A DNA stretch of 64,000 nucleotides from Gordius albopunctatus (lineage: Eukaryota). The position numbers and the translations under genes were made by a program. The first letter of the stretch is position 1. The number at the start of each line of letters is the position of its first letter. The DNA is taken from NCBI GenBank assembly GCA_964276515.1, contig OZ193909.1, positions 6,696,001 through 6,760,000 on the forward strand, in the 5' to 3' direction. Of this stretch, positions 1-15,300 are shown piece after piece. A model generated the notes under the pieces. It did no database searches. It was not told the origin of the DNA and saw only the letters and a program-made list of their open reading frames with translations.

Positions 1-316
1 CCAGGTACACCTTGACAAAGCCACATGATCATGATATCTCATTTATAATACGGTTGTGCTAAAAAATCCATTATTGTGGTAGGATAAAGACAAAAAATAG
101 GATTCCATTACTAATAAACTATATATAGAATTAATAATTAACATTAACCCCATCATCTTTCAAATTACTATTTATAGCCGTTTATAAAATTTTGAGACCA
201 GAAGTTTGCTGCAAAAATTTGGGAGCGCTAAAGGCTGACAATAACTTAATTTTACCTTAGAACGCCTTTTTTTAAATAAAGATAGCTATCTTACCCTGCT
301 ACATTACAATTATTAG

Positions 317-3300
317 AAGATGAAAGGAGGCCTAGTAAACCAACTGTTAAAGAATATGGAAAAGATTATGCCGATTTGGAATGGGAGCCGCCGGTTACAA
401 AAGAACCTAAATACATTCCTAAGGCGTACGACGTTGAAAAAAAGGGGAAGAAAGATGAAGAGTGGAGTTTGGGCAAGCACGTACCAGGTAAATGTGATTA
501 AAATTGTGTATGATATCAACTTCTCGTTCTGCGTTCTAGTGTTAATTTATAAACCTTTTTACTTAACTAAAATACACGATAAAACGAATGATTCTAGTCT
601 TTGGTTTGGTTAAACGGTTTCACTACCCATTAAACTTAAAAATATTGGTCTATGATACATTGGCATGGAATAACGGGTCATCTAATTTGGCTAATTGAAG
701 AGTAAAGACCAAAATCTTTACTCGGACTTCAAAGAATTAACATAGAATTGGTCTAGAATTCCAAAATAATTTAGCGTGTTGTTCATACACTACTTAGAAC
801 CCATTACCAGGGCTAGAGTACCCCAGTTGAGGGAAGACGAAGAGTACCAATTCAGGGTTATACCGCACCCATATGAAGAAACACCGTGGTACAGCGAACC
901 TAGCATGCCCATTTTGACTACAGACAAAGAAAGTAATCATTAAGACTTCAACAATTTTTCCACTAACTTTTTAATGTATACCCATGAAAAACTTTTTTAA
1001 TAATATGAGTGAAAAAATGAAAATAATTAAGTTTTGCCCAATTCACATTATTAGTATTTAATAGCTATTATGTTAAATAATAGAAATGTGGTTAAAGCTT
1101 TAATTATAATTTACTCTTAACAAACAACATTTTGTGGTCGAAATAGTTGCGCCCAAATTGGATTTATACGCTCTGAGAGATTTGGAATTGAGGGATGGTG
1201 ACCGTTTGAGCGTTATAGCGCCGTTCGTGGCCAAGCCCTTACCTAAGATGACGTGGAAGTACAACGGGTTCCCAATCAGTAACCCCCTAGCCCAGACCAA
1301 TATCGAAAGTTCTATGGCAACCCTCAGAATTCCTTATGTTAAATTTGCAGACGCTGGAACTTACACTTTAACACTTGAAAATGCGGCGGGTCGGGATTCA
1401 GCTTCTTTCAATTTGAAAGTTTTGGGTAAATTAGAAAATAAATTATTTAACTATTTTCAGAGTTATAGAAAAATAAAAGATATGATTAAATTGTTTTAGA
1501 GGATTATTTAGAGCTGACATATCGGGGAATTATTCTTTTTGATAATCAAGTATTTTTTACAAATAGTCGAGCAAAAATATCAAAGCAGCATAAATATTTA
1601 AGAAGTATACTTTTTAAAACACTTTTAATTGTTAAACATCTGGACTACTTTCTATTGAATTTTATAAATTCTTATCTCGTTAGAAATTTTGAATAAATAA
1701 TTACATTTCTCTATAACATTAGGGAAACCATCAAAACCGGAATCACCTTTTGATATTCTCCCATTGTCAAATGACGAGTATAAACTTAGCTGGCGCAAAC
1801 CGAGACACGATGGAGGCTGTCCTATCTTAAATTACATCGTTGAAAGATATAGCCCGCAAGATGGATTTTGGATGCGGGTAGATGAGCCGGTTAATACGCA
1901 TATGATCGGTAGACGGTAAAGCGAATTTACACATAGTTATTGTTTGTTAAACATTACTAATTTAATTTTTACATTATGGAAAGTATCTTCCTCTTATTTA
2001 TTGTGTTTTGGCCTATAAGGAGCAATAAAATTGCAAATATTACTTAATCCTATATTAAAAAAATTAAATTTTATTATTTATTCTTAATTTGTACTTTTCC
2101 TCATTATCAAGAACGCCTGGTGACTACAAATTTAGAGTTAAAGCGGTTAATAAGATCGGAGAATCTGAAGCATTGGAAATGGATGAATTGGTTGAGTTGG
2201 CACCTTCAACCGGTAGGCTTTATCCTTTGTTTTACTATTAACTAATATGACCATTTGTATATCATTTTTAATATTTACGTAAAAAAATGTATAAACTATG
2301 ATCAGTAAAATTAATATTATCCAAGAATAATTTTTTACTAGGCCCTTTAGATATGCCCTTTAGATATTTTAATTGAATGATATACATATATCCTATTATT
2401 GAGAAGACATATTAAAAGCTTTAGTTGTGACTCACCTAGGTCAATCACACTCTCATCTCATCATATTCAAAACGATCCCTACAAATATAACTAATAGTAG
2501 CAATTATGCTTTAAGTTAATTTTATTGGTTTATAGACAATCAAACTCTTATGAAATTATATAACTTTTGTCAAAATTATAATTTATCTACAAAAAGTTGA
2601 ACCCGGGGCACCACGAGAGCTTAGAGTGGTGGGCATCGGGAGAGATAACGTCGATTTAACTTGGAAGCCTCCCTGCGATTTACGTGGTGGGCGCGTGGCT
2701 AAGTATTTGGTTGAGATGAAGAGCGATAAATCGCCCACTTGGAGACGTGTAGCCGAGGTGCCTGGTTCTAAGCTTGGTGCTACGGTCAGAAATTTGAAAC
2801 GAGAAGAATTGTACACCTTCCGAGTATGTGCGGTCAATGATAACGGCATACAAAGTCAACCGAGTTATCCCGTTGGGCCGGTCAGTCTCGGACCACAAGA
2901 AAGTATTGATTGTGAAAATGATCACACTCTTAAAGCCTTTTCCCTATAAGTTTGTAGAGTCGTCTTATAAGAAATTATAAGTGGGGTGGGATGGTGAAAA
3001 TTTGGTACAACTTTGATAAGTTATTTTAAAATAATTAGTTGTAATTTATTAATCCAATATAGGCTATTTATACACTTAATTACAACATGAAACAACAAAG
3101 GTAAGCTAGAATTAAACCCTGCACGTGTCACCTGGCACGAAAATAAATAAATTCTAGCGTTATTAATATTTTACCAAGTAGGTTGTCAATTTTAAACCAT
3201 TTCAGCTGCTGCGAATAATAAATTTTGTAAGATACAACCAAGTGAGTTTCAAACTGATAAACATACAATAATTTAGTTTGCGATTAGGGGAAGCTTTTAT

Positions 3301-6300
3301 GTCATAATTTGTTATCATGTTATCATAATTATTTATCCCATTACTTATTTTTAAATTTAAGCTTTGCTAAACAATCACCGTTTCTAAAAATGACCATGAA
3401 ATAGCTTATGAACTTCCTTTTTAATGTTGTGAGAAAACAATATAAAAAAATATTTTTCACTTTTAAAAACGGAAATTTCAAGGTCCCGATATTTATGCAG
3501 GACCTATCTTAGATGAAATGACCCTATTAATATATTATCTTCTATAAGCTTTTAAACGGATTTTGCCATTATTTAGCTGCGCCCAAACTCGATAGATTCA
3601 ACATTAGAGATTACGTGATAATCGCGGGAACTCCACTTAACGTGGAGATACCCTTTACCGGTTATCCAAAACCGGAATTGGAATGGTCCTTTGGAACCAG
3701 CCCGCTTAGGAATTCACCCCGTCACAATATACTACCTGGCTTTGATAAAGTGACGCTTAATATACCCTGCTCTGTGCGCGGCGATTCAGGTTATTATACA
3801 CTCAAGGTTCGCAACTCCATTGGCCAAGATTACGTTACGTTTCACGTAACTGTTTTAGGTATGTGAATTTTTAGGGTAAAATTAGTTTTATTATTTTTTT
3901 GAAGTTGTGAAAAGATTGAAATTTTTATTAGAATCTTACACATACAGTGTTAATTGCTGATGCTAATCGAACTAATATATTAATTATTTTAGTTATAAGA
4001 GTTTATTGTCAGATTTAAAGATTATTTAACATATACTTTAGTCTGTGATAATATGTAAATATTACCCTTATTAATAATGCTTTGCAGGCCTAGATATTTA
4101 TTTGTACAATAAAAATTTGTTTATTTCAGTAATAAAATATTCGAGTAGGGTAAAATTAAAATGCCACTTATATTCAAAGTTATTTTAATAAGATGTACCG
4201 GATGCGCCGCAGGAACCCTTTTACATTGAACCGAGACAAGGGAATAGGTTCCAATTGGACTGGCAGCCTCCTTTAGATACCGGTGGAAAACCAATTTTGT
4301 AAGATTCATGATTAATCGTATTTCCAATAAATATTTTTTAAAAATAAATCTGGAAATGTGAAAATAAATTTTAGCACAATTGGCTAAGTAAAAAATTTTA
4401 ATGCAGAAATTATATCGTGGAATGTCGCACACCTGATTCCCTGCATTGGAAATTATTGACGGACAATTGCATGGACACCATTTACACAACCCCAGAATTG
4501 CCCTATGAAGAAATGGAATTTAGGGTTAGGGCCAGAAACGAAATCGGAATATCACAACCGATTATCAAACATTATGGTGCACCCTTAAATCTAAGAGGTT
4601 TTTTTGGTTATATTTTATGCATCAACAGTGTAAATAAAATTAATTTAATTTTCATATAAGTTTGCTGTCCTTTTAATCGACGTAAAAAGAGTTAAGACAT
4701 TTTATTGTATTTTGTAGCCTTATAATATTAAAATTATATTACTGGTTCATTATTACAATAATTTTGGCTAGTTTTTTGTTTTTAATTAAATTTCGAGATA
4801 ATATATTGTTAGTTATTTGAATATTCTTCATTTTCTTATTATTAAATTTTTGTGTATAAAATTTTTTAAATGAGCAAATTACTTGGCGAAATTCGTTTTG
4901 AATTTCTGAACCAAATGTCTAATTTATCTTGATCTTACAATATCTCTTAAAGGTGTTCCGTTCCCTCCGGGAGAACCAATTTTTACTAAAATCGAACCCC
5001 ATATGATACTATTTGACTGGGAACCAACGCAAAATGAAGATCGCAGTCCAGTTTTGTGTTACGAAATAGAACGACGCGACTTAAATGCCCCGTCATGGGA
5101 ATATATAGCTCGTGTTCCTTATGATGTAAACATTAATATTAAAATATAATTAATAGGAAATAAATTTTTTAAAGACAAAAAAGCCATATAATTTTATAAG
5201 CTACAACTATTTTAGAAAAAAACTTTACAAAAAGCAATGCTTTTTTACATTTTTGTTGTTCATTTGGAAAATATAGATTCATATACAAGTTAACACTTCC
5301 AGAAAAAACTTAACGATTTAACTGTAAAAACTAGGTATCTCACTATGTGGATAACGATGCCGAAATAGGAAAGAATTATTCCTACAGGGTCAAAGCGGTT
5401 AACGCCTATGGACCAAGTCCACCCGGACCTGCTTCTGTTAACGTGACTCCACTACAATTTTACGGTAAATTTGTATAAAACATTCGTTTATTTTAATTTT
5501 GCGACGGTTTTTTCCTTCAAAAAATATAAAACAGCCATACACTACCGCTCCTCAGAGTAGATAAACTCCGCCCCCTAAGCAATCGAGCCGAATTATTATT
5601 AACAAATTATTCAACTATGTTTACTAGGATCCTTTAATTTGGTTAGGGATATTATACACAATAACTATTTCTATTAGTATTTTGCGAACAAATTTATATT
5701 ATTTTTTGATTTAAATTGAAATGTGACGAAAGGTGTTCCATATTTGGGTTCTCCGCTGGAACCATACGCCGAAATAAAAGTCAAAGCCGGTGAACCTCTA
5801 GACCTGAGATTGCCTATTTACGGATCTCCACAGCCTATGGTCGATTGGTATAAAGGTGGTAGCAGTATTTTACCATCAGATCGAATGATTCTCGAATCTT
5901 CCGATACCTATGCCCGTATGCGGATCCCCTTTACTAAAAGAATTGATTCGGGGATATACGATGTGAATTTGACGAATCAATTCGGCGCCAACACATTGCA
6001 TGTTAGAGCCCAAGTCTATGGTTAGCATTAAATGAATCGTTGCTCAAAATTTTCTTTCATTTTATAAAAAACATACCCTTTTTGACCAAGATACCACCTA
6101 CTAAAATTGTCATAGCATTACTTTTCCCACAAATTAAGTTTTTTAACCTAAAATCAGCCGTAAAAATAAGGTGTTTGTATAGAAGCTGTTTCATTGCATA
6201 AAATTTATTGACACAAAAAGTCACAATGAGATTAAACCGGACACTATACCTGCTATTTCCCTCAACTATTTGACTTTTTGATAGATAAGAACCAATTACA

Positions 6301-9300
6301 ATATATTTTTATAGTTTCGAGGAGCTTGAATGTTATGTGGAATCATTTATCATTATGTCACTTAATAGATAAACCTCTACAGCCTACTGGTCCTTTGTTA
6401 GTTTCAAACGTTACGAATGATAGTGCACACTTAAATTGGTATTTGCCTGAGGACGACGGAGGTTCCGATATATTTGGTAAAACAAACTTTGCTATTCTTT
6501 TAGATTTGCTTTAAGAATAATAGCTTTTCAGTGGCGTAAATGCTCCCCCCCCCATCAGATTTTTTATGGGAAAAAATATTTTAGATCTAAAGTTTATATT
6601 TTAAAGTTGTGCAACGTAACTGACCAAGTAAGACATTTATTAATGGCTACACAATTTATTGGAATTACCTCCCACTCCAGATAAAGTTCTTGAGATATTA
6701 TCGCTGGGAAAAAGAAAATATAAAATTATTTTATAATAACTTTCTTTTTTTAATTTTAATGTTTAAATAAAAATGCCATAAAAAAGGGCCAATCCATTTA
6801 ATCTATTTTTTGACATAGTATTTCTTATATAAAAGCTAAAAAGAAGAGTTGAAATGTTGGGCAAAGATTATAATATTTTTCTTTGGACGAAATCCTTCTG
6901 TAATTTATTTTTATTCGCGTTTCTGGCAAAACAATCAAAGAATTCAGGAGGAAATATTATTTGGAAATTTGCCAAAACTTGTTTCTTGTCCAAAAACCGT
7001 TCATTTTCTTTGCATTTCGAGGTTTCTTAAGTTCAAAATCATACAAATTAGCCTTAAGCTCGACTACTATTACTAAAGTTTCTGCTAACTGCCTGATTTG
7101 CTGAAGATCTAGGTCCTTTTTTGAAATTGCTTGCATAATATCATAGACTAGATAGACTGCTCATCAAGGGCGTAGCCAGGATTTGCTACAGGGGGGGGGG
7201 GGTTTAAAATTTTTGAAGCCATATTTTTTTTGGAAGTAATTTTATTTTCGACATATATTATTGAAAGTAAAGTAAAAATACAACAAAAATAAATTATAAT
7301 ATAACAAAATATTTAAAAACTATAAACAATTAATATCGACGTTTTTTAGATAAAAATGCATTAATAATATCTTCTGTTTTGGGGGTATATTGTCTATGTA
7401 CATTTAACAAGGTTAATCCAGTAAGCCTAAATTAAGAATTAGTAAAACCATTTAATTTACCTTTCTTGTCCCATTGTGTTCCTGAGGTAAGTTTTTAGTC
7501 TTTTTAAAGCTGAAAAACATCTCTCATTAGAGCATGTTATATGGTATAATGTTTTTATATTTGGATGTAATTTTAATTTGGACGCATGATTGGTTAATGT
7601 TTCCAATGCATTGGTAGGCAAATTCTCTAATTCACAGTCCTTGAACGACTGATACCACAATTTAATATCCGATTTGAATTGTTCTTGAGAGCCGTCAAGA
7701 TCTTCTTCATAAAAATTTGCCAATTGAAGAAAGTTATTTAATATCTCTGTTGAGAGCATGACAGTGGACTTAATTAGAAGGGAATCAAATCCCAACAGTA
7801 TTTGCTTGTTTTTTAGAAACCTTTCATCAAGTTCCACCAAAACCGCATCTAAAAAGGAGTTATACAACGAAACTCTGTAATAAGTTTCTGGACAAGATGT
7901 TTCAATGTTTGAACGAAGAGTTTGTCGTGAGGCTCTCCTAGGAATAGTAATTTTGAAATCATATATATCTCCTAGTGACAAGACATCATTGTAGATTGTT
8001 CTAAATTCTTCTTGGGAATTTTCCCGCAAATGTTGAATCTGTATAAACGCATTTTCGGCTGCATTTATGGCCTGAGAAAGGTCTATATTAATCCTTTGCA
8101 AATAATTGCTAAGATTAATAGTGTAAGAGAAAATTTGATTTAGCATGTACAAAGACAGCCAAAAGTTGGATGTTGCCATATGTTGCATATGGTTAATTGT
8201 GTATCAAATTTTCCTCCATTTTGAAGAGTGCAACTGGTGTATTTTAACCATGTAATTTTGCCCTATAACAGTCAATTTACCTTCCTCACTAGTTTATAAA
8301 TTAAAACCAATGTCTATTACACGAAATATTGATGGCGCTATTAAACAAACTTTAATCGCAGTTTTTAAATTTTAAATTTTTATGTATTGTGAAAATGATA
8401 TTTATTTTAAAATGCTGTATTTGATATCTACCCAATTCATTATTTTTTATTTACCTTTTTAAAATTAATTAATTTACGAAAATTACGAATTTCTATATGA
8501 TCACCACTTTACCATGTTAACATCAGAATGGTGAAAAAGGGGTAGAGTACAGATTTTATGGGTTGATGAACAGTCTAATGCATATTGCATAATATATTCA
8601 GATTGTCGTAGAGAAGTGAGTGATCATATTAGCTTGCTTGCTTCAATCTCTCCTTACCTTATTTAGTTTCTCTTCCATTTCTGACAAAATTTCAATTAAA
8701 ACTTCATGACGTTTGAATAGATAAAATGGATTGACACTTTTATTAGTGATTCATGGGGAATTAGCTCCTACTCCAGATGACGCTGGGAAAAAGAAAATAT
8801 GAAATTATTTTATAACGATTTTCTTTATGCTTTATACCAGATTTTATAATTTTGATGTTGAGATAAAAATGTTGTAAAAAATTTTTGAGAATTATTTCCC
8901 CACCCTCGGATAAAATCCTGGCTACGCGCCTTTAGCTTCTTAATGTTTTGTGGTTGACCTAGAGGTCTATTTTCCTAAATGAGTTTTTATACTGTTCAAA
9001 ATATAAATTTCACGAATTTATTTTTTTGAAATCTGTGTGCCTTTGTAAGTTTATCAAAACATTTCCTTTAGCTTAGAGTAGGGGGCCTGCAAAGTCACGT
9101 TTTTATGACCTGGACTCGACCCCATCGCAAAGCTCTTAATTTTATTCAACCCCACCCCAAGACATTTTAAATTTTTGAATCGGGTGGTGTTTGGGTCTGG
9201 TCAGGTTTTGGGTCACCCGTGTAGGCCTCTACCTTAGAGGTTATTAAGGTCCTTTTAAGATCAAAAGTGAATTTGTACAAATTAACTTTTCTAAGGCAGG

Positions 9301-12300
9301 CTCTTTGAAGCAAGTTAGTAAATAAGGTTTATCAACACACAATTGCAGGATTCATAGTTGAGAAATGTATAACTGGAACCGATCATTGGGAGCCGGTTAC
9401 CAAATTTTGCTATGGGTTGAGTTACACGGCCAGAGACTTAGAGCCCAACAGACGATACAATTTCAGAGTCAGAGCTGAAAATTTGTATGGATTGAGTGAA
9501 CCCCTTTACAGCCAACCTGTTGAAACTAATTGCGGCTACGGTAAATCATTTTGCTAAATTAACCTTTATAAAAATTTATAATTTTAGTAATTCGGCTTGA
9601 TAGACTTGATTTTTACTATAAAATATGTTGACTCTAGATCTCCCTTATGCTCCTCAGCAATTGCAAATCAAAGACTATGGACCTGGTTATGTATCTTTAT
9701 CTTGGTTGCCTCCTCCTAACGATTTTGAGAGCGGTCTGCTAGGTATTTTAGTTGAGACATAAACCATTTAAATACTTTTAGGGTATAATATTGAAAAACG
9801 TGGATTAACCGATAGCGATTGGACCAGAATAAACGAGCAGCCCTTGACAGGAACAAATGCATTTATTAATGATCTCCCCTATAAAAGAGAACTTGATTTT
9901 AGAGTTTCGGCCGTTAATCCAGCTGGAATTTCGCCACCATCAAAACCGACTGGCTTTTTTTTGATTAAGCAAAAACCAGGTTTTTCATTATCTGTTCACC
10001 ATTAAAATTTGCTAATGATAATTTATAGATAACTTCTATAAAAGTCATTGTAAATGTACGTGTTTAGTTTTATATATAGGCTAAGATGTTTGCTAAATTT
10101 TTTCATTTAAAAAATATAAGTTTAAATTATAGTTTAATTTTTACGATTTACTAGATATACCCAGGGCTCCACTTTTGGCAGTTGAAAAAGTGACAAGAGA
10201 CGGAGTTTATTTAAAATGGGATCATGATTTACCTCTGTCTTACGTACCGGAACCCGATTTCCCATCACCTTTTAATTATTATGTCGAGCAAAGGAGGAGG
10301 GGCAAGGTAAACATATCATAATTCTATGCCTTGGAATTGTTAGATTTAAAATTGATATTGACCTTGATATTTTTTAAATATTTTAATAGAGCTAAAAGCG
10401 TTAAAAATATTAGTAAAAAAAGATTATTAAAATTTTGTATTTCATCATTGTGATAAATTTTCCCTGACCGATTGCACTAGGATTGGGAACCGATAAATAC
10501 ATATCCCATTTCAGACAATTATTTCATCGTACCTGATTTGATGATGGGTGATGAATACCAATTTAGGATTATACCGGAGAATATATCCGGTCGGGGTGTT
10601 CCTAGCACAGCAACCCCATATGTCAGACCAGGCATTGAATATGGTGAAAATTTATATTAGAATTATAATTCAAAATATAAACCTGAAAAAATTTAAACCT
10701 AGGTCTCCTCGACTATAAATATTAAAGATGGAAAACAAAGCATGAGCATTGATAAGCTTTGAATTATAGAGAGGGCAAAAGGTTTAGCTATTATGAAAGA
10801 CAAAATGTTGTTTTTATTAAAAGTCGTATATTTGCATAAATTTTTTTTGAAATTTAGAGGGGGTGGGAACAGATGCTTCTCTTGACGCAAAGCATTTTTA
10901 AATAATAAATTATCTCACTGTTGAGATTTTAAATTTTTAACAGCCTTTATAAATAAGATTTTATTCTGCAACAGGAATTAAAAAAATAGAATTAAATGAC
11001 GATTATTTAACAAACGAGCACAAATTCAATGTCATCCTTTAACATTGACCCCATTTTCATAACTTGCACGCGGTTATAGCAAAGTGTTAGTTTTATTCCA
11101 TTTTAACCCATAGTCTGTTATAAAGTAATTTTCCATTAATAACAGCCTCCTAGAAATTTTCCAAACATAATAAATTCCTTAGAAAATAATTTTAATATAC
11201 CTTTTTTAAGAGGTTGTAAATGGATACAATTGTTTTGAAATATAGGAGCACCTATAATCGACAAATTATTTGTGGATGATCTCATTCGATTGAAAGCCGG
11301 CAAATCTTTGGACCTTAAAGTACCTTTCAGAAGTCAAGGGGTGCCTAAAGTAACATGGTTTTTCGAAGATAGACCCCTTTCCTACCATCCAAAAGTCCGT
11401 CCTAGCTACAGGGATGATTTTGCGACATTAAGTCTTTCAGCAGCAGACATAGATATGGGCGGAAATTATTCGCTAGTTATAAAGAACGATTTTGGAGAAG
11501 ATCGCTTGGATTTCAACTTAGCAATATTAGGTTTTGTTTAAAACATGCACTAAAACAATTTTTAATTTTCAAACCATGTGTTGTAAAATTTTAAAGGATA
11601 CAAATTTTGAGCATTTTTTTAATATCTAGAAATCGTAAAATAAATAATTTAGCAATAAATTGTAACATATTTAAAATTTGATTTAACTTTTAAATAAGTT
11701 TCGAACAGTGTTCTTTCATATATTTTATTATTTTTGAAACACCTTTAGATAAGCCATCACCACCAATTGGTCCCATTACCTTTTTACCACCAGTTGGAGG
11801 GACCCTTCCTTTCCATTGGAAACCACCAGCTATTTGTGGAGGCTCAGATTTATTGTACATTAAATGAATTTTTTATAATACAAGTTTTTCAAACGAAAAT
11901 TAGCTAAACTTAAATTTTTTCCCAGAAATTATATAATCGAAGTCAAAGACGGTGATATGGGTATGTGGAAACCCTTAAGCACTTTTACCAAAGAACCATC
12001 CTTTGTGCTGCCAAATGCGATGGAAGGCATGCCTTACATGTTTAGAATTTTTGCCGAAAGTCCGTATGGCATATCAGAACCGCTTATATCTAAGGCCCCC
12101 ATAACATTTAGGAGCAAATACGGTATATTTACTTCTTTAAATTATAGATTAATTATATATGTTCGCAAATAAAAAGTGTATTTGTTGCGGAATGCAAATA
12201 TGGTTGCAATTAGTCTAAATCAAATAAATACATGCGTTTTATGCATACTATTGCGTTCCCTTAGAAATTCCTATGCGACCCGATGAACCTTACGTTTTTA

Positions 12301-15300
12301 CTTCGGGTAAAAATTTCAACGAAATTCGTTGGGGAATTCCACCTGGTCTCATAGAATCATCACTCCTGACTTATAATATCGAACGTCGAGATGACGAGGC
12401 ACCTAATTGGAGACGACTTAACACTTTCCCACTAACAGTATCATTATTTATACAATAATGTGTTAGTAATTCTATTCGATTTCGACCCGATTTACGAAAA
12501 TTTTTTTTCAAAATGTCTGTCATACATGAGCGTAGCCGGATGGCGAAAAAATGTTAAAATTTACGTTTTGCCCCCCTAATTAAACTTTTGAACGTTTTGC
12601 ACCCCCCCCCCCCTAATCCAAAACCTCACTAAGCCCATGCTGTCATATATAGTAGAGCCATTAATTAATGATTATCCAATATCTTTTTAGATTTTTGACA
12701 TTGATGATATTTCCAGTGGAATTAATTCAAACATTCAGGCATTAGATAGAAAATTTTAAGTTATTAATTGATTCTTTTTATAAATTATCATTTAGTTTTT
12801 TTACCCTGTTTTCCAAAAAGGAGCCAAAGTACATAGACCGTCAAATAGTCCCGAACCAAACTTATTATTATCGCGTTTACGCGATAAATGACAGGCAAGT
12901 GAGCGAACCCAGTTACCCATCCCTTCCCTTTACAACGGAAGAGGGCAGAGCGAAGCCTAAAATATACATTGACGAATCGCCCCTAAATTCACTCCTAAGA
13001 ATTCCCTTTGGAAAACCGATCGAATGGATAATTCCTGTTTCTGGAGTACCAAGACCAAAGGTGAACTTTCATTTGCTAAAAACTCTTTATTCTTCTTGCC
13101 ATTTTATCGACTTATTAAAAATAACAAGGATTCTTGAAAATAATTTATCACGAGTGTATAAATAAACAAAAAATTTTAAATACTGAGGTTTTAATCAAGC
13201 TGTTTAAACACAATTTTTAATGAAAACATGAATATTTAAAAATTGCATGTTTGGTTAAGGTTGAGTTCTACCGGTCCGGGGTACCTTTGCTAGCCCCTTA
13301 CGATTGGATCGTGAGAGATGGAGGTCAGCAATGTGTTAGGGTTCGCATATCAGAAATTGATAAAGATTTTGAAGGGAGGTACATGCTCATGGCAAAGAAT
13401 CCGTATGGCATGGATGTTTTTGAATTTAAAGTTAACGTTTCCGACAAGCCACCTAAACCCCACGGACCCATTCGTTTAGACGACGTGGGTCCAGATTATG
13501 CCACCATCTCCTGGAGACCCCCAACCTTAGAAGACGATATGCCCTTATCTAGTACATAAATAATCTCTTAAAATACCTGTTAGTACATTAGTTTATCAGC
13601 GATAAACAATACTTTATTCTCCCAAAAATGTGTATAATATCTTAAGAGGCAGATTTAAGATTTTATAATTTGAATCATAATAACAATTTTTGCATATGTC
13701 AATGTGAGAAAGGCTGTTTTTCCCTGCATCTACTTGGCTTATTGTAATAGTGAATATTGTATGAAAACGGTGGATTTGGATTTTGCATATGTCAATGTGA
13801 GAAAGGCTGTTTTTCCCTGCATCTACTTGGCTTATTGTAATAGTGAATATTGTATGAAAACGGTGGATTTGGATTTTGCATATGTCAATGTGAGAAAGGC
13901 TGTTTTTCCCTGCATCTACTTGGCTTATTGTAATAGTGAATATTGTATGAAAACGGTGGATTTGGATTGATAACGTGAGTAGAGGGAAATGAAACGCGAT
14001 ATTTCGGGCACTTATGGCCCATCTTCAGGGAAAAAAATAAAAAAGGAGGAGATGAAGTATCAAAAAATAAAAAGCTTTGTATCATTTCTAAGTTTCTAAT
14101 ATTACAATACTTTTTCACGCATGTTAATCTGCTTCTTGAGCCTTGGATAAGGGATGACCCCTTGGTTATCCAGGAAATAAATATGTGACAACTTAATTAA
14201 TTCTCTTTTAGAATTGAGAATGTGGCGATTCGTATCAATTTAGGTGTTACTTTCCGGTTGATTTGGATAAAAAAATGGAGGCGACTATGCAGATGGTTAA
14301 CTTAAAATGAAATCTAATTGGATTTAGATTTTTATAGTAAATATATACCATGGGCATAGTTGAGTTTTTCCACGGTCACATGGAAGATATAATGTAAGGC
14401 AGAAATAACGTAAATTTTTCGAATTTTAGGCCTTGTATTAACGGGAACCACCTTTGGTTGAGCCCAAGCATTTTTGTGATTATTTAATACATGTTCGGCA
14501 TTTATTGGTTTGGTGAATATTATAATTTACCGAAATAGTTTCAAACGATTATAAACAAGTGTTCGCTTAAGCATTGGGATCACCTTTAAAGTATCAAATT
14601 AATTCTTTAATCGTCATTATAAAACTTATAATTCCATAGTCTTTAAGAAGTATTGATTTTTTATAATTCTGTTTGAATCCTACTAATAATTATTCATTTT
14701 CGATCTAGGTTATCACGTAGAATACAGGCCGAGAGATATTAAAGACGTAGACTCTTGGATATCTTGTGGCCAAATTTCGCCCGACCTTACGCGATATCGT
14801 GTACCCGACCTTTACAGCGCATCTCCCTATATGTTTCGCGTCTCAGCTTATAACGATTACGGTTGGAGTCCTTACTTGGAGAGCGACGAAATTTTAACCC
14901 TGCCCCCTTACAATCGCATGCCACTGTACCCAGATCTCCCACTAGTGCCGAGATACGGACCCGATCATAGGGACATAGATATGGAATTCCCAGAAACTAA
15001 GTATTACGGGAGACGTACGTTATCGCCTTACGATAATATCTACGAAGATGAATGCGAGGATTGGTTAGTTCCAAGACACCCCAGGAGAATGATGGGAATT
15101 ATTCAAAGTATGCACCCTGGTTACTTTAGGATATTGATAGCATTAATTTTAAATAAAATTAGGTATAAAATATTTGAAAAGAGCACAATATGTTCTTTCC
15201 ACAGCTTACAAAAAATTAAAGCAAAATTAGGGGTGATTAAATATTTTTTTGCTCTTTAAAAATTCATTATCAGGCAAAAGATCACAATGGAAATCGTAAA

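Noticed and set aside
13704..13970. 88-aa ORF with a 31-aa repeat
   Set aside because: A by-product of the 93-bp intronic triplication, with no splice context or domain.
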